A DNA stretch of 64,000 nt, taken from assembly GCA_964016885.1 (NCBI GenBank), contig OZ024754.1, positions 124,001-188,000 of the forward strand. The letters run 5' to 3'. Of the stretch, positions 28,081 to 43,089 are shown piece after piece. The DNA is from Eledone cirrhosa. Its lineage: Eukaryota. Below the pieces are notes generated by a model. It did not search any database. It was not told the DNA's origin and was given only the letters and a program-made list of their open reading frames with translations. A program made the translations under genes and the position numbers. Within the stretch, counting starts at the first letter, position 1; the number at the start of each line of letters is the position of its first letter.

Positions 28081-29690
28081 CACATGTAAATAAATATATG
28101 TAACATTCCATAAATTTAGTCTTTAATAAATACATATAGAAATGTACAGACAAACAAAAGATATGTTTATATAGACATAAAGAGGTCAAAACATACAAAT
28201 CAGAGATGTAGTGACATTCATCATAGATGCACACATACAAACCTATTAGCCTAATTAATGTTGTATAAAGTCTAATAATGACAGAGAGATATTTCCGGGT
28301 TAGAAATAAGTTTTTATTGTGTTGGTGAGAAAGTTTCTAACGTTCAAAGAATGACACATAACAGCAAGACAACATTTATTATTGTATAGTTTTTACAACA
28401 TTTCCACCGAACAGGTGCTCGTTTGAAATAAGATCTACTGCTCCACCAAAAAGGAAGATGGAAGGCGGCGAACTTATATTTCTGCAGTTTTATCTATATG
28501 TTGTCAACAATTTGTCAATGCCTTTATATAAAGAATCAATCATGACAATAGAATTGAGAGATCAAGTGTTTGATGTTATTTTACGTTTTTATGTATTATT
28601 GTCATATATATATATGTGTTTGTGTATGTATGTGTTTGTATGTATGTGTATATATATATTTACATCTATGCATATACGCATACACACTCACATATACGCA
28701 ACCACACAGATATAATTGAGTACCCAGGGTGTATAGTAAAACATATCTAATTTGATATATTTTTCATTACAATATTCTACCGGAAAACCTTTGACAACCT
28801 GACTTTTCCTTTTTCTTTTTCTTCTTGCATTAAATTATCAAATGTGTAATAACAATACGTATCATATTTCATCTGGCTCACAAGTTCTACGTAAGGTTAG
28901 TCCCATAATATATAGATTATATAATGAATGTAAAAGGAATGGACTTAAAGCAAATCAAGCTAGATATATTAAAGTAAAATATATTTTATTTTTAACCTGA
29001 ACATATAAAAATAAAAACATATTTACGTCAGATGTTTACAAAACATTCGACTTGCAATTCTTTAGGGATAAATTTTCTACACCGAAGTGTGTATTTGTAA
29101 ATATTCATGTGAGCACATTGATGTAAAGAATCTACCTCTAGAGAGATGTCTTTGGAAACTAGGTTTTGACCTCAGATTTGTTAGAAGCCGGAGACGAGTT
29201 TCGAAAAAACTACCGTCAGTAGTTGCCTCTATTTTTTAGTTGTTAGAGTATAATTCAAAGGAGGTTTAAAGGCACACTTGGTTCAGGGGTACCTTATGGG
29301 CCTAGATATTTGTGACCCTCAAAATGAGGGATGTTTATATTGAATAAAAAAGTTCGAAAAATATATTTTTAATGTAATGAGATTTGAAAACCCATCTCAA
29401 TATTAATATTACACTGGCAACGTGTGATGAAATATTCTAATACAGGAATACACAAGCACGCACACAGGTACACACAGAGATACACATACAGTCATATATA
29501 TGTGTATGCCTGTGCATACATATGTATATATGTATATATGTATATATGTATATATATTTATTTTTTTAATTTGAGGCAGTAAACAGAAAACAAAAAAAAC
29601 AACGCGGAAGCGAAGAGGCAGTACAAATGTTTATATTAGTTTCACGCTTGAGGGGTGGGAATCATCAACATTCAGACGTAAGCAATGTTT

Positions 29691-29695
29691 ACACA

Positions 29696-29747
<52 letters not shown>

Positions 29748-30073
29748 CGTATGTATGTGTATGTATATATATGTATGTATGTGTATGTATATATATGTAT
29801 GTATATATATATATATATATATGTATGTATATATATATATATGTATGTATATATATATATATATATATGTATGTATATATATATATATATATACACCTCT
29901 ATATATATAAGTATGTATATATATATATATATGTATGTATATATATATATATACACCTCTATATATATAAGTATGTATATATATATATATATATATATAC
30001 CTACATATATATATATATATATGTATATATATACACCTATATATATATATATATACACCTCTATATATATATG

Positions 30074-30144
<71 letters not shown>

Positions 30145-30149
30145 GTATG

Positions 30150-30186
<37 letters not shown>

Positions 30187-30591
30187 ACATATATATATAT
30201 ATATATATATACCTACATATATATATATATATATATATACCTACATATATATATATATATATACACCTATATATATATATATATATATATACACCTATAT
30301 ATATATATATATACACCTATATATATATACACCTATATATATATATATGTGTATGTATATATGTATATATATACACCTATATATATATGTATATATATAC
30401 ACCTATATATATATACACCTATATATATATATGTATATATATACACCTATATATATATACACCTATATATATATATGTATATATATACACCTATATATAT
30501 ATACACCTATATATATATATGTATATATACACCTATATATATATACACCTATATATATATATGTATATATACACCTATATATATATACACC

Positions 30592-30631
<40 letters not shown>

Positions 30632-30687
30632 CACCTATATATATATATGTATGTATATATATATATATATATATATACACCTATATA

Positions 30688-30732
<45 letters not shown>

Positions 30733-30871
30733 CTATATATATATATGTATGTATGTATATATGTATGTATATATATATATATATATATACACCTATATAT
30801 ATATATGTATGTATGTATATATGTATGTATATATATATATATATATATACACCTATATATATATATGTATG

Positions 30872-30906
<35 letters not shown>

Positions 30907-30925
30907 CTATATATATATATGTATG

Positions 30926-30960
<35 letters not shown>

Positions 30961-31091
30961 CTATATATATATATGTATGTATGTATATATATATATATAT
31001 ATATACACCTATATATATATATGTATGTATGTATATATATATATATATATATACACCTATATATATATGTATGTATATATGTATATATACA

Positions 31092-31131
<40 letters not shown>

Positions 31132-31174
31132 CTTATATATATAGAGGTGTATATATATATATATATATATAGAG

Positions 31175-31214
<40 letters not shown>

Positions 31215-31260
31215 GTCTATATATATATATATATACGTATGTATATATATGTATGTGTGT
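29691..31260. repeat. Compound (GCAC)n/(TA)n array with acacct and gtat interruptions (~1.55 kb)
   Basis: Direct reading; source of the 505/495-aa ORFs. Confidence 0.95.
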
Positions 31261-31261
31261 A

Positions 31262-31358
31262 TAAATATTGTTTACGTCTGAATCTTGATGAATCCCAGAC
31301 AAGTGAATATTAATATTGTTGAATATTTGACATATTTTAGGTCACTGACATCCGAGAT

Positions 31359-31362
<4 letters not shown>
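31262..31362 (+). mobile_element. PLE-like terminal fragment family E
   Basis: Similar to 32371-32465. Its start is inverted relative to 29663-29690. Confidence 0.5.
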
Positions 31363-31433
<71 letters not shown>

Positions 31434-31550
31434 AGAGGGTGTATAGCATGCAGTGCCGTATAAATCGACAGTCGGAAAGCCATTAAACATGAGTTCACGT
31501 TCTATTAGAAGTCAGTTGAAGCTCTGGGAATGCAGCAAATGAAATATAAC

Positions 31551-31720
31551 TGATTCTACTTTAGGCACAAGGCCAGCAAATACCCAGTACATTACTGGTA
31601 CTTTATTTTATCGACCCCGTAAGGATGAAAGGCGGGATTTGAACTCAGACTGTAAAGGGACGTAACTATGCTGGAAAGCATGGTGTCCGACTCTCTACCG
31701 ATACTGCCAATCCACCGCCC
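31551..31720 (-). mobile_element. Young Octopus-type SINE with TSD
   Basis: Matches 20897-21081 with a small internal deletion. TSD tgaaatataac at 31540-31550 and 31722-31732. Confidence 0.9.
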
Positions 31721-32247
31721 TTGAAATATAACGTCACCAATGTTGCTGTTATTGATGCTGTTATTGTAATTAAGTATTCATATCATCAAATATCTATTAC
31801 GCTAAATGTCTTTCTCAATGAGTCGTAGATCTCTTCCGTCTTGTTAAGGAGTCGGGGAGACGTGGTGGAGGCGGGGTCGCAGCGACGAGGGGGGGGGGGG
31901 GGGGTAGTAGGGTAGTATTTATTTCAGGCCGTAGTCTTTGGGTGGTTACTTTAGATCTAAACATATTAGAAACGAATATGAAATGTTTCATTTCTTTATT
32001 TATCAGATGACATTAAAAAACAGAATGTTACTGCCTGTAGGATCGCTGCCCTCTATTTCTAGCAACGCAGCTTATGTGACCAACTAAAGGTTTCCTCTTG
32101 CGTTTTTTACTTTAGATTTGCAATTGTTGATGTATTAGATTGTCATTGCAAGGCATTAACCCGTCTAATTTCCGGTGGAGCATGTGTGATACTGTCTGAT
32201 CATGTTGAAATCCTGACCTTCATTTGACAGCTGATGATGAGAATGTC

Positions 32248-32316
<69 letters not shown>

Positions 32317-32488
32317 CATACATACATACATACATGCGTGTGTAGGGGGCTCCGAGCGGGCAGGTCTGTATAAACATTGCGTATGTCTGCACTTTGACGA
32401 ATCTCTATGACAAGTGAATATTAATGGCGTTGTGTATTTCACATATTTTAGGTCGTTGACATAATATATATATATATATATATATATA

Positions 32489-32543
<55 letters not shown>

Positions 32544-32687
32544 TCGCTAGGTCTAATTGACCCTCATCGTACGATATAAATGTCGTACACTTAATACTAT
32601 TCTCGTACCATTTGTTTTGTCTATGTCCTAAAGCTCCATTGCCCATGAAAGTTGACCATGAAATGTTGGACCAGTCACCAACATTGC

Positions 32688-32748
<61 letters not shown>

Positions 32749-32859
32749 TATATACATTGGAGAATTGGACGGGAACAAAAACAGAGAGGCAGACAAATAA
32801 ATGTTTATTAGGTTCACTCTCTTGAGAGTGTGGGTGGGTGGGGGTGATATACATGTATA

Positions 32860-33060
32860 CAGGGTGGCGGAAAAGTGGAGCAAAAGTCTCACACCAGTAA
32901 TAATTGTTTCTACGTTTGGCACAAGGCCAGCAATTACCCAGTGCATTACTGGTACCTTATTTTATCGACCCCGACGCTTTGCAATAATATTTATTCTACA
33001 AAGTAAATGTAAAATACTTATAATGTGATGCGTAGTGTGGTGCGGGACTTTTGCGCCACC

Positions 33061-33063
<3 letters not shown>
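32860..33063. mobile_element. Tc1/mariner-type MITE containing a truncated SINE
   Basis: TIRs TA-cagggtggcggaaaagt and acttttgcgccaccctg. SINE 3' part at ~32900-32974. Confidence 0.7.
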
Positions 33064-33109
<46 letters not shown>

Positions 33110-33114
<5 letters not shown>

Positions 33115-33421
33115 ATAATAATAAATTTGAAGACTAAAATCCAAAGAGGGCTCGATAAGGATAAATATATATCAAATATATAAGAACCGTAGAGCAAATA
33201 TTTGCTTTCACCGCTCCAAATAATGACCTATTATCTTCGTTTTTTTCCGATCTTTCAGCCAGGGAACGTTTACACGAACCAAGGTATCGTCTTCCTGTCT
33301 TCCTTCGGCTGCAACGTTTTTCGAAATATTTACTTCTGCGTTCACAGATTGATTATTTTAGTTTCAGAAAATCCCGTTAAGGGTGAAAGCAGCGATTCTT
33401 TGCTTAAAATTTAATCTGTTA

Positions 33422-33428
<7 letters not shown>
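33110..33428. mobile_element. PLE-like family C, inverted 3' end plus forward segment, between (TA)n tracts
   Basis: 33110-33203 matches 22143-22236. 33360-33428 matches 22308-22376. Confidence 0.75.
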
Positions 33429-33512
<84 letters not shown>

Positions 33513-35669
33513 ATATGCAGTGAATAGTAAACCAAGGGTACAGGTGGAAATATAGCATTTTGTCATTCATTTCATAATAAAGTAGATCTAACTTCTTAAC
33601 TATTTATATATTTATTTATATGTATATATATACACACGTATGTGTGTGTGCCCCAGCGCGTGCATACGAGTGTATATATATATATATATAGTAGTTGGGT
33701 GGTTAGCGTATGTGTGTGTATATGTGAATGAAAGATAAAGATAAGGGTAGTTAGAGATATAGTCGTGCCAAGGAAGAAGATAAAAATGTTAAACATCTTA
33801 GCCAAGATTTCGACAAGGAAGTGACAAATTAAAATAGGAAACAACAATACATTAGTTTGGTATCTTTAGGGTGCCAAAGGGGAATCTCTTTAACATGTGA
33901 TAATCATCAGTCAAATATATTTATCTACGGTTAGTACATATTACTAATGGAACTTTCTTCTGGATCAATTCCGCCATTGGTTGTTGATAAATTCTTATAT
34001 AAGATTATGTCTACCCAATGTATTTAGTTACTTGCGTTTACGCTGCGAGTTTAGATCAGATCCCAGCGAATTTGACTTTGTTTTTTATTCTAGCGGAGAT
34101 CGATAAAAACATATACCAGGTAACACTCTATCCAAAGCAACACGTGATAATCTACACTGACAACATTTATTCCATAGAAGAGTTTATAGAAGAATTGCCT
34201 TCGTCCTTCACCAAGAAACTTTATTTCACCTTGCTCCACTTCACTCCGCTGACAAACATGTGCAGTATCTGTAATTAAAAAGAAAAAAACATCTTTGTCA
34301 AACTCTGTCGTGCTGAATCTCATTGAGAACTACGTTAAAGATACAATTGTCCGCGAAGTACTCAATCACTTGTATATTAATTTAGGAAACAGGTTCCTTC
34401 GTTGATCGAATCAACTGGAACACTTGTCGTCGGAACAGACAGATGTTTAACAGATGTTTAACACAAACACTCTGTATCAATATTACTATTATAGAAATAG
34501 AAGAGTGGGAGAAACGGTAGAGCAGTTGTTTGTAACTTTTTAAACTAGATTATCTCCCATTCCTGATGAAAGTTGATCTTGGCAGGATTTGAACTCAGAA
34601 CGCAGGAAATCGGTTTAAATTCTGTAGATTCTTGTAATGTTAATGTTACTGGAGTTGTCATTCTTCTTGATGTTGCTGCTGCTGTTAATGCTGCTGTTGC
34701 TGTTGCTGTTGTTGTTGTTGTTGTTACGATGACGATGTTATCTGTACTCCCTCACAGCATTGCCGGCCTCAACTTGTATATGTTAGTGTGTGTGTTAGTG
34801 TGTGTGTGTGTCTATGTAGTTTTTACATTTACACTTTATCATAAGATCATATATAACTATTGTTTTTTCTCGCCCCACTTCTCCACTCTGTCTGTGTGTC
34901 AGTCATATATTCCTTCCTTTCTTTGTCTTTCTTGGTGTTATATTTTAATCAACTAAACACTACGTCTCTAGAATAATGGTAGGTGGAGTTGAATCGTTTA
35001 AGATTTATCTAAACCTTCACCATTCCTGCTTTAAATGGAAAAAAAAAAAAAGAGAATGGAGATATATATAGCAATATAGGTGTGGTGAACTTCTCATTTT
35101 ACTATTTATTTTATTTTATTTACGAAACTTTATTGTAATTATCTAAATCTAGAAGGATTTGTTTCTGTTCGAATTTATTTTTTTGTATTTTTGATTTTCT
35201 CTAAATTTCGTAATTCTAAATTCTATTTAGATTAGCGATATATTTTAGTCCGTTAGGATAAAGATATCAATCATGAACTATCTTTTGTCTCAGTCTTCAA
35301 TAATGGTATGAACTTATAACGTCGTTATTTCATTTATCAATTGATATTTTTTTTTTACCCACACTCTAGAGCATGGTGTATACTTCGGAAAGTCACTCTG
35401 GTGTATACATATTTTATCTATATATACATATATACATACATATATATATATATATTAAAGTGTACTTTAAAGTGCATCTTCACAAAATATCTCAATAAAT
35501 AAAAAAAAATTGTGATAAGAACAATAACACTTTATATAAATAATATAGGGATCCCCGTAATAGTGCAGCTCCATATGGCAAGGTCCTAGCATGATTCAGT
35601 TTTATGTAAATAAAATAGAGGGTCTCGCTAACAGATTTTTACTGCATCCATTTCGATATATATATATAT

Positions 35670-35803
35670 CCAGAATTAGCCGTCGAAACGGCTTGAGCTC
35701 TGCCGTCGGAGTCATACTTGTTCCTATTACCCAATCTGCTACCCTAAGTATTGAGTACTTTGGTGCGTTATGGTCTATCTGGTTCCTTACCACATTTCCT
35801 CCG

Positions 35804-35806
<3 letters not shown>
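35670..35806 (+). mobile_element. PLE-like family A, linear 3' end between (TA)n tracts
   Basis: agccgtcgaaacggcttgagctc...ggttccttaccac...gtta(TA)n gives the colinear order of the pieces seen at 5.9 and 20.8 kb. Confidence 0.7.
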
Positions 35807-35863
<57 letters not shown>

Positions 35864-36034
35864 ACACAAACATAAACATATGGATGTCATCATAGCTCCT
35901 ATTAGACATACAATTCCACATCTCAAATATTTACCACAGACTTAATTGACATTGCACAGTAGTGACAGATCTATGTTGACAGATGCCAACTGCAACTGTC
36001 CAATAAAGAAACATAGAGTTGCAGCGCTCATCAA

Positions 36035-36218
36035 CTTTGTCACCCAGCTGTCATTGACCAGTTACTGTCAACTGAGTCACTCTGTCAACCAGATGTCATT
36101 GACGAGTTACTGTCAACTGAGACAATCTGTCACCCAGATGTCATTCACCAGTTACTGTCAACTGAGATACTCTGTCAACTGAGACACTCTGTCAACCAGA
36201 TGTCATTGACCAGTTACT
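36035..36218. repeat. ~45-bp minisatellite, ~4 copies
   Basis: Unit cagatgtcattgaccagttactgtcaactgagacactctgtcaac. Confidence 0.85.
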
Positions 36219-36577
36219 CTGGTGTGTAATACTGGTAATGGTGGTGATGGTAGTGGTGGTGGAAGTATAGGTGGTGGTGGGGTAGTAGTATTAGCGGTGG
36301 TATTTGTGGTGGTGCTGGTAGTGATGGTGGTGCTGGTTGTGGTGGTGGTGTTATAGGTGGTAGTGGTGGTGGTGCTGGTAATGGTAGTGGTGGTGGTGGT
36401 GCTGGTAGTGGTATTGTTGTTGTTGGTGGTGGTAATGGTAGTAGTGGTGTTGGTTGGCAGTGTTGTGTCATCACTAAGCCTTAGGTTATATCTCACGCCC
36501 TCATTCAACAGAAATAGACACGACGTGTTTATGTTGGATCTTACCACATAGTCACAGAGAGAGAGAAAGAGGAGGAG

Positions 36578-36645
<68 letters not shown>

Positions 36646-36824
36646 AAGTATGACATCGCTACAGATGACCTCCCTTTACACCGCAAATACGCAGTTACAT
36701 ACCTAGACTAATGTAATACGCAATAGTTTTCATGTCTTTCTCTTTTGTTTTAGGTATGAGATATGAAACATCCTCTCTGACATGCTTGACGGATATGACA
36801 TGTCTCTAGTATGTCCACATCTAC

Positions 36825-36864
<40 letters not shown>

Positions 36865-37454
36865 GTATGCATCTAAGTATGTATGTAATCATGTATACAT
36901 CTATGTATGTCTGTATCTACATATGTGTATGTATGTACGTATGCATGCTTGTGTGTATGTTTGTAAGTATGTACGCATTTACTTATAGACCTTCGTATTT
37001 TCGTGTTGTTGGTGGTAGAGGTGCATATGTGCAAGTTTGTGTATGTAAGTGTGTGCATATATGTGTGTTTGCGAGTGTGCACATGCGTGAGAATGTGTAG
37101 GATTGTAATATATTTTCCGTGAGATTTATTTTAATTCATCTTCACAGAGTTAAAACCGGACACAAAGAGAATAATGATAAATCTGTTTGAGACAAGACAA
37201 TCTCAGGGATTAATGAATATGTGAAGTCAGTTGATGTGAGGGCCAAAATATGATTATAGGCTTATATATATATGTGTGTGTGTGTGTTTTCTATATTCTT
37301 GTGTAAATGTACTTCCAGTTCATGTGTTTACATATCTTCTTTGTACAGGAGTATCTATGTATTTATGTATGTATGTAGGTATATATTGTAGAATAGATAT
37401 GTCTGTTAATGCCCTCACAATTTCACTCTCCATTGCTTTTTCCCCTTCTGGGAA

Positions 37455-37770
37455 ATAGCAGTGAAGAGCGTGGTCTTTGGTATTCCATGCCTCAGGTTCT
37501 ATTTTACTGTGTGGCGTTGTGGGCAGTGTCATTACTATAGCCTCGGGTCGACTCATGCCTTGTGGGTGAAATTGGGGGAGACGGGCTGCCTCGAGGTTTG
37601 TCGTATTGACTGCGCCTGTAACTGAAAGGGTCAACCTTGTAACACACTGTGTTACAGCGAATCTCCCTGAGAATTTTACTGAAGGGTGTGCGTCTCTATG
37701 GAATGTTCAGCCACTTAAACGTTAATTTTGCAAGCTGGATGTTCCATTGCTGAAACAACTGGCGATCTAT
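37455..37770 (+). mobile_element. tRNA-derived SINE(s), decayed
   Basis: tagcagtgaagagcg...caggttctatt head. Downstream body resembles 7720-7880. Confidence 0.55.
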
Positions 37771-38744
37771 TGCAGTTTAGTTAATATTCTTGGGTCAATG
37801 TCAGTCTACCATCTTAATATTTATTTCAAAGATTTTGACGTCTCCCTGCCTTCTGCAGTATATGTAGTAAGTAGAGTAATTATTTGTTGTCATGACATCC
37901 AGTGACGGGACTTACTGGAAAGTATCCAAACAGCGCAAGGTATCATCACGAGCCCTGCTGTTTCAGATATTCTTGTTGTTTCAGGAATTAGAAGGAAAAT
38001 AACAACAAAAAATGTCAAAAACAAATCTACTACTGCTGTTACTTTGTTGTTGTTGTTACTACTGCTGTTACTGTTGTTGTTGTTACTACTACTGTTGCTA
38101 CTACTATTGTTGTTGTTACTACTACTGCTGTTATTACTGTTGCTATTTCTTTTGTTGTTGTTGGTATTTTTGTCAACATTTTCGATGCCATTGTTGTATT
38201 TGTTGTTATTATTGCTGCTGCTGCTGTCGCTGTTGCTGTTGCTGTTGTTGTTGTTGTTGGGGGTGTACCTACTGTTGTTATGGAAATGGTAGTGTTGGTA
38301 GTCGATCTGGTAGATGTGGTGATGGTGATTGTGGTGGTGGTTCTAGTGTAGATGGTGTTACTGTTGTTGTTATGGTAGTCTTTATTGGTGGCTGTTGTGA
38401 TGTTATGTTAATGCTGTTGTTGTGTTGTTGATGCTAATGTTGTTGTTGTGTTGTTGATGTTAATGCCGTTGTTGTGAGATGTGAGATGTTGCCACATTAA
38501 TAGCCTACCAGGTTACAATGTTCCCCACCAATACAACATTTGATGTTATTCTTTGTGACATTGTGAAAGAGAAGAAAACGAAGAATAATCTCCTGGCGGT
38601 CGTCTTTCGCTGAACTTTCCTGAATGAATAATAATATCTCTGATACTCTATAGGGAATTCACTCAGAAACACATCTCCTACATTTGCAGCTATAGTACAC
38701 CTGAACCTAGGTTTGCTTGATTTTATGGTAATAAACATTACTAA

Positions 38745-38915
38745 TATATACAGGACTAGAACTGTTTCATTCGTGAGAAATCATTGATTTCTTACCAATG
38801 AAACAGTTCTAGTTCTGTAGAAGCTCTTCTATATTAACACTTTTATACTCTGCTATGTATTGAGTACCTTACCAACTGTGGTTACCTCCGATTCAACCCG
38901 GAATAACTTATCTTA
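38745..38915. mobile_element. PLE-like family B fold-back copy ending in (TA)n
   Basis: Hairpin caggactagaactgtttcatt..gagaaatca / tgatttctt..aatgaaacagttctagttctg (38751-38818). Confidence 0.7.
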
Positions 38916-38929
38916 TATATATGTATATG

Positions 38930-38992
<63 letters not shown>

Positions 38993-38994
<2 letters not shown>

Positions 38995-39050
38995 TTATTA
39001 AAATAACAGATTAAAGTTTAAGCAAAGAATCGCTTTTATTATTATTACTA
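38993..39050. mobile_element. Minimal family C fragment (inverted piece fused to terminal ttattattattacta)
   Basis: ttattaaaataacagattaaagtttaagcaaagaatcgct plus the 3' terminus, between TA tracts. Confidence 0.65.
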
Positions 39051-39060
39051 TATATAAATG

Positions 39061-39091
<31 letters not shown>

Positions 39092-39886
39092 GTATATATA
39101 TATATATGTATATATATATATGTATATATATGTATATGTATATATATGTATATATATATGTATATGTATATATATATGTATATATATATGTATATATATA
39201 TGTATATATATATATATGTATATATATATATGTATATATATATGTATATATATATATATGTATATATATATATGTATACATATATATATATGTATATGTA
39301 TATATATATATGTATACATATATATATATGTATACATATATATATGTATATGTATATGTATATATGTATATGTATATATATATATGTATACATATATATA
39401 TGTATATGTATATATATGTATATATGTATATGTATATATATATATGTATACATATATATATGTATATATATATATATGTATACATATATATATATATATG
39501 TATACATATATATATATATGTATACATATATATATGTATATGTATACATATATATATATATGTATACATATATATATGTATATGTATACATATATATATA
39601 TATGTATACATATATATATGTATATGTATACATATATATATATGTATACATATATATATGTATATGTATATATATATGTATATGTATACATATATATATA
39701 TATGTATATGTATATATATATATGTATACATATATATATGTATATGTATATATATATATATGTATATGTATATATATATATACATATGTATATGTATACA
39801 TATATATATGTATACATATATATATGTATATGTATACATATATATATGTATACATATATATATGTATATATATATATATGTATATG

Positions 39887-39919
<33 letters not shown>

Positions 39920-40098
39920 GTATATGTATATATATATATATGTATACATATATATATGTATATATATATGTATACATATATATATGTATACATATATATA
40001 TGTATATATATATGTATATATATATGTATATATATATGTATACATATATATATGTATATATATATGTATATATATATATATGTATATATATGTATATG

Positions 40099-40129
<31 letters not shown>

Positions 40130-40131
40130 GT

Positions 40132-40183
<52 letters not shown>

Positions 40184-40205
40184 GTATATATATATATATG
40201 TATAC

Positions 40206-40237
<32 letters not shown>

Positions 40238-40678
40238 GTATACATATATATATGTATATATATATGTATACATATATATATGTATATATATATGTATACA
40301 TATATATATGTATATCTATATGTATACATATATATATGTATATCTATATGTATACATATATATATGTATATCTATATGTATACATATATATATGTATATA
40401 TATATGTATATATATGTATATATATATGTATACATATATATATATATGTATATATATATGTATACATATATATATATATGTATATATATATGTATACATA
40501 TATATATATGTATATATATATGTATACATATATATATGTATATATATATGTATACATATATATATGTATATATATATGTATACATATATATATGTATATA
40601 TATATGTATACATATATATATGTATATATATATGTATACATATATATATGTATATATATATGTATACATATATATATG

Positions 40679-40716
<38 letters not shown>
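39050..40716. repeat. Giant (TA)n/TATG/TACA microsatellite (~1.7 kb)
   Basis: Direct reading; source of the 400-610-aa ORFs. Confidence 0.97.
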
Positions 40717-40719
<3 letters not shown>

Positions 40720-40726
40720 GTGTGTG

Positions 40727-40806
40727 TCTGTTACTTAGATGCCATATGGAATCTAAGTATATATATATATATATACTTAGGTTACATATGGCATCTAAGT
40801 AACAGA
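40727..40806. repeat. Hairpin centred on a short (TA)n
   Basis: tctgttacttagatgccatatggaatctaagtat / atacttaggttacatatggcatctaagtaacaga, 32/34 complementary. Confidence 0.85.
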
Positions 40807-41289
40807 GCTGAGTATCCCAGTGACATTGTTTACCCCCCCCCCCCTCTCCTCCTTCCACCTCTCTTACAACGAATGTGTTATCTACTTTAGAAAGTGACAC
40901 ACACCTGAGGATAATTGAGGCTTCATATCAATAGATGAAAGAATTCCTGTGTGTATGTGTACGTCTGTCAACATATGTATGTATGTATGTATGTATTTAC
41001 GTATGTACGTATATATGAACTTATTGTTTGTACGTATGCATGTAATATATATATATATATATATATGCAAGTACACACACACATATATATATATCTATAT
41101 ATATATATGTGTATGTGTGTATATATATATATAGATATAGGGGAAGGTTTCATGCTATGAAACGGCTAACGACAGAAATAGAAATTTACCACGATGCCAA
41201 AACATTGCTTCCATTGAGATATTTATTAAATGTCTTTCTAATTTGTTAAACTATCTTGGAAAATGTGACAACTGCTTAGTAGACACAAT

Positions 41290-41545
41290 CAATTTGTTGG
41301 TACACGAAATCGATAGATCGAATCGATCAACAAGATGCCAGACCTCATTCCCCTACTGGTCACCAAGGAAACAATGTTTCCATTGGTCTTTCCATTTGCT
41401 CATATTATTTACCTGTAGTAAATCTTGGCAGAAAAAGCAACGTGAAATATAGTGTCTTGTCCAAAGACATAGCGCATTGCCTAGTCCGGGAATCGAACTC
41501 GCAACCTCACAATTACAAATTCAATTCCGTACCCATTAAACCTGA
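41290..41545 (-). mobile_element. tRNA-derived SINE (decayed)
   Basis: ccgggaatcgaactc (B-box on minus). Similar to 63050-63225. Confidence 0.6.
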
Positions 41546-42464
41546 CACCTTTACTAAATAATAACGTTAAATATAAAGGAAATACAATTGTACACAGACG
41601 ACTGATTTAGATTGGATATACTATTTAATTATTGCTGTAAGCTCGACGGCTGAAACAAACTAACCGAACTAACGAATTCTACACTCAACCGTGGTAATGA
41701 TTTGACAGATTTCACTTTTAAATGAAATATCGAAGTTATTTATCATAATTTGGTCTTGATTTAGTTAAGTATATATTTTCGTAACTGTTGAGAAGTCTCC
41801 TCCCCGTGTTCGTAGAGAGATCTTTTTTATTCTTCGTAGAATTTGCATAATATATATGCTTGGCGTTATCTAACACACCATGAAAGAGATGCCTGCATAT
41901 TATCTAAAGATGTGTATATATATTGTTTAATAAATGTTTATTATTTACTGATTTATGGATATCCTTTTGTAACTTGACAATTTCCTCTTATACGTTTTAT
42001 ATTTCCTGATTTGTTCAGTATTTGTCGTTCGATCCTTCCGGAATTCTGTCGTACACTTTTCCTTTTTGTCTTTTATGTTGCGGTTTTATTGCGCATTTTT
42101 ATATTTGTATCTCTGATATATATTTGTTCTTCTTTTAGAGATATTGTATTACGAACACGAGTGTGTTGTAGTATAATTATTTCTTTATCAAGTCTTTGTT
42201 TCCATGAATTTCCTATAAGTTTTAATTTAGTTTATTTGCAATAATAAAGTTCTTGTAATCCTCATCAACGCTGTGGGACCTTCATAGTCTCATTTCGATG
42301 AAGGGATTATGGTGAATCTTCCTTCCACTTTATAGAAGGTTGGTTCCATATGACATCACTGTTGCCATGAACACAACAATAAAAATATTCGCATCCTCGG
42401 TACAAGCTTTTATTACTTAAAACGAAATAAGCGGTTGTTGTTGTTACTTGAAATCTATCTATGT

Positions 42465-42501
<37 letters not shown>

Positions 42502-43014
42502 TGTACGGCTTTCATTGAGCCAACCGGTGAAAGACCCCAGAGAAAATAAACAAACAAACAAACAAAATAAACCACTCTAAGAATTATCAAGAGGAAACAA
42601 AACTAGAAAAAAAGGCCAAACGAGAGAAATGTCTTTTTAAAGTGAGGTCATGTTATTGATAAAAAGTTGCTAAATGTAATTATTGATTTATGGATGTTAC
42701 CATGGTGACCAACGCTTCAATTACGTCATGGATTTAGTCTCCCTTTCTTTTTCACTGAAATTTTAACACCCCTTCCTCACCCTAATATACAAATAAATAT
42801 AATAAATAAATAAATAAATAATAAATGATTAAAAGAACAAACAACAGATATGTATGACTATATGTGTGTGTGAGTATATATATATGTGCGTGTGTATATG
42901 TGTGTATATATATATGTGTGTGTGTATATATGTGTGCATGCGTATATGTGTAAGTGTATATGTGTGCATGTGAGTATATATATGTGTGTGAGTATATATA
43001 TATATGTGTGTGAG

Positions 43015-43089
<75 letters not shown>

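Noticed and set aside
38012-38431. Cys-rich metallothionein- or keratin-like ORF
   Set aside because: (TGT/TAC/TGC) trinucleotide tract with no splice or codon evidence.
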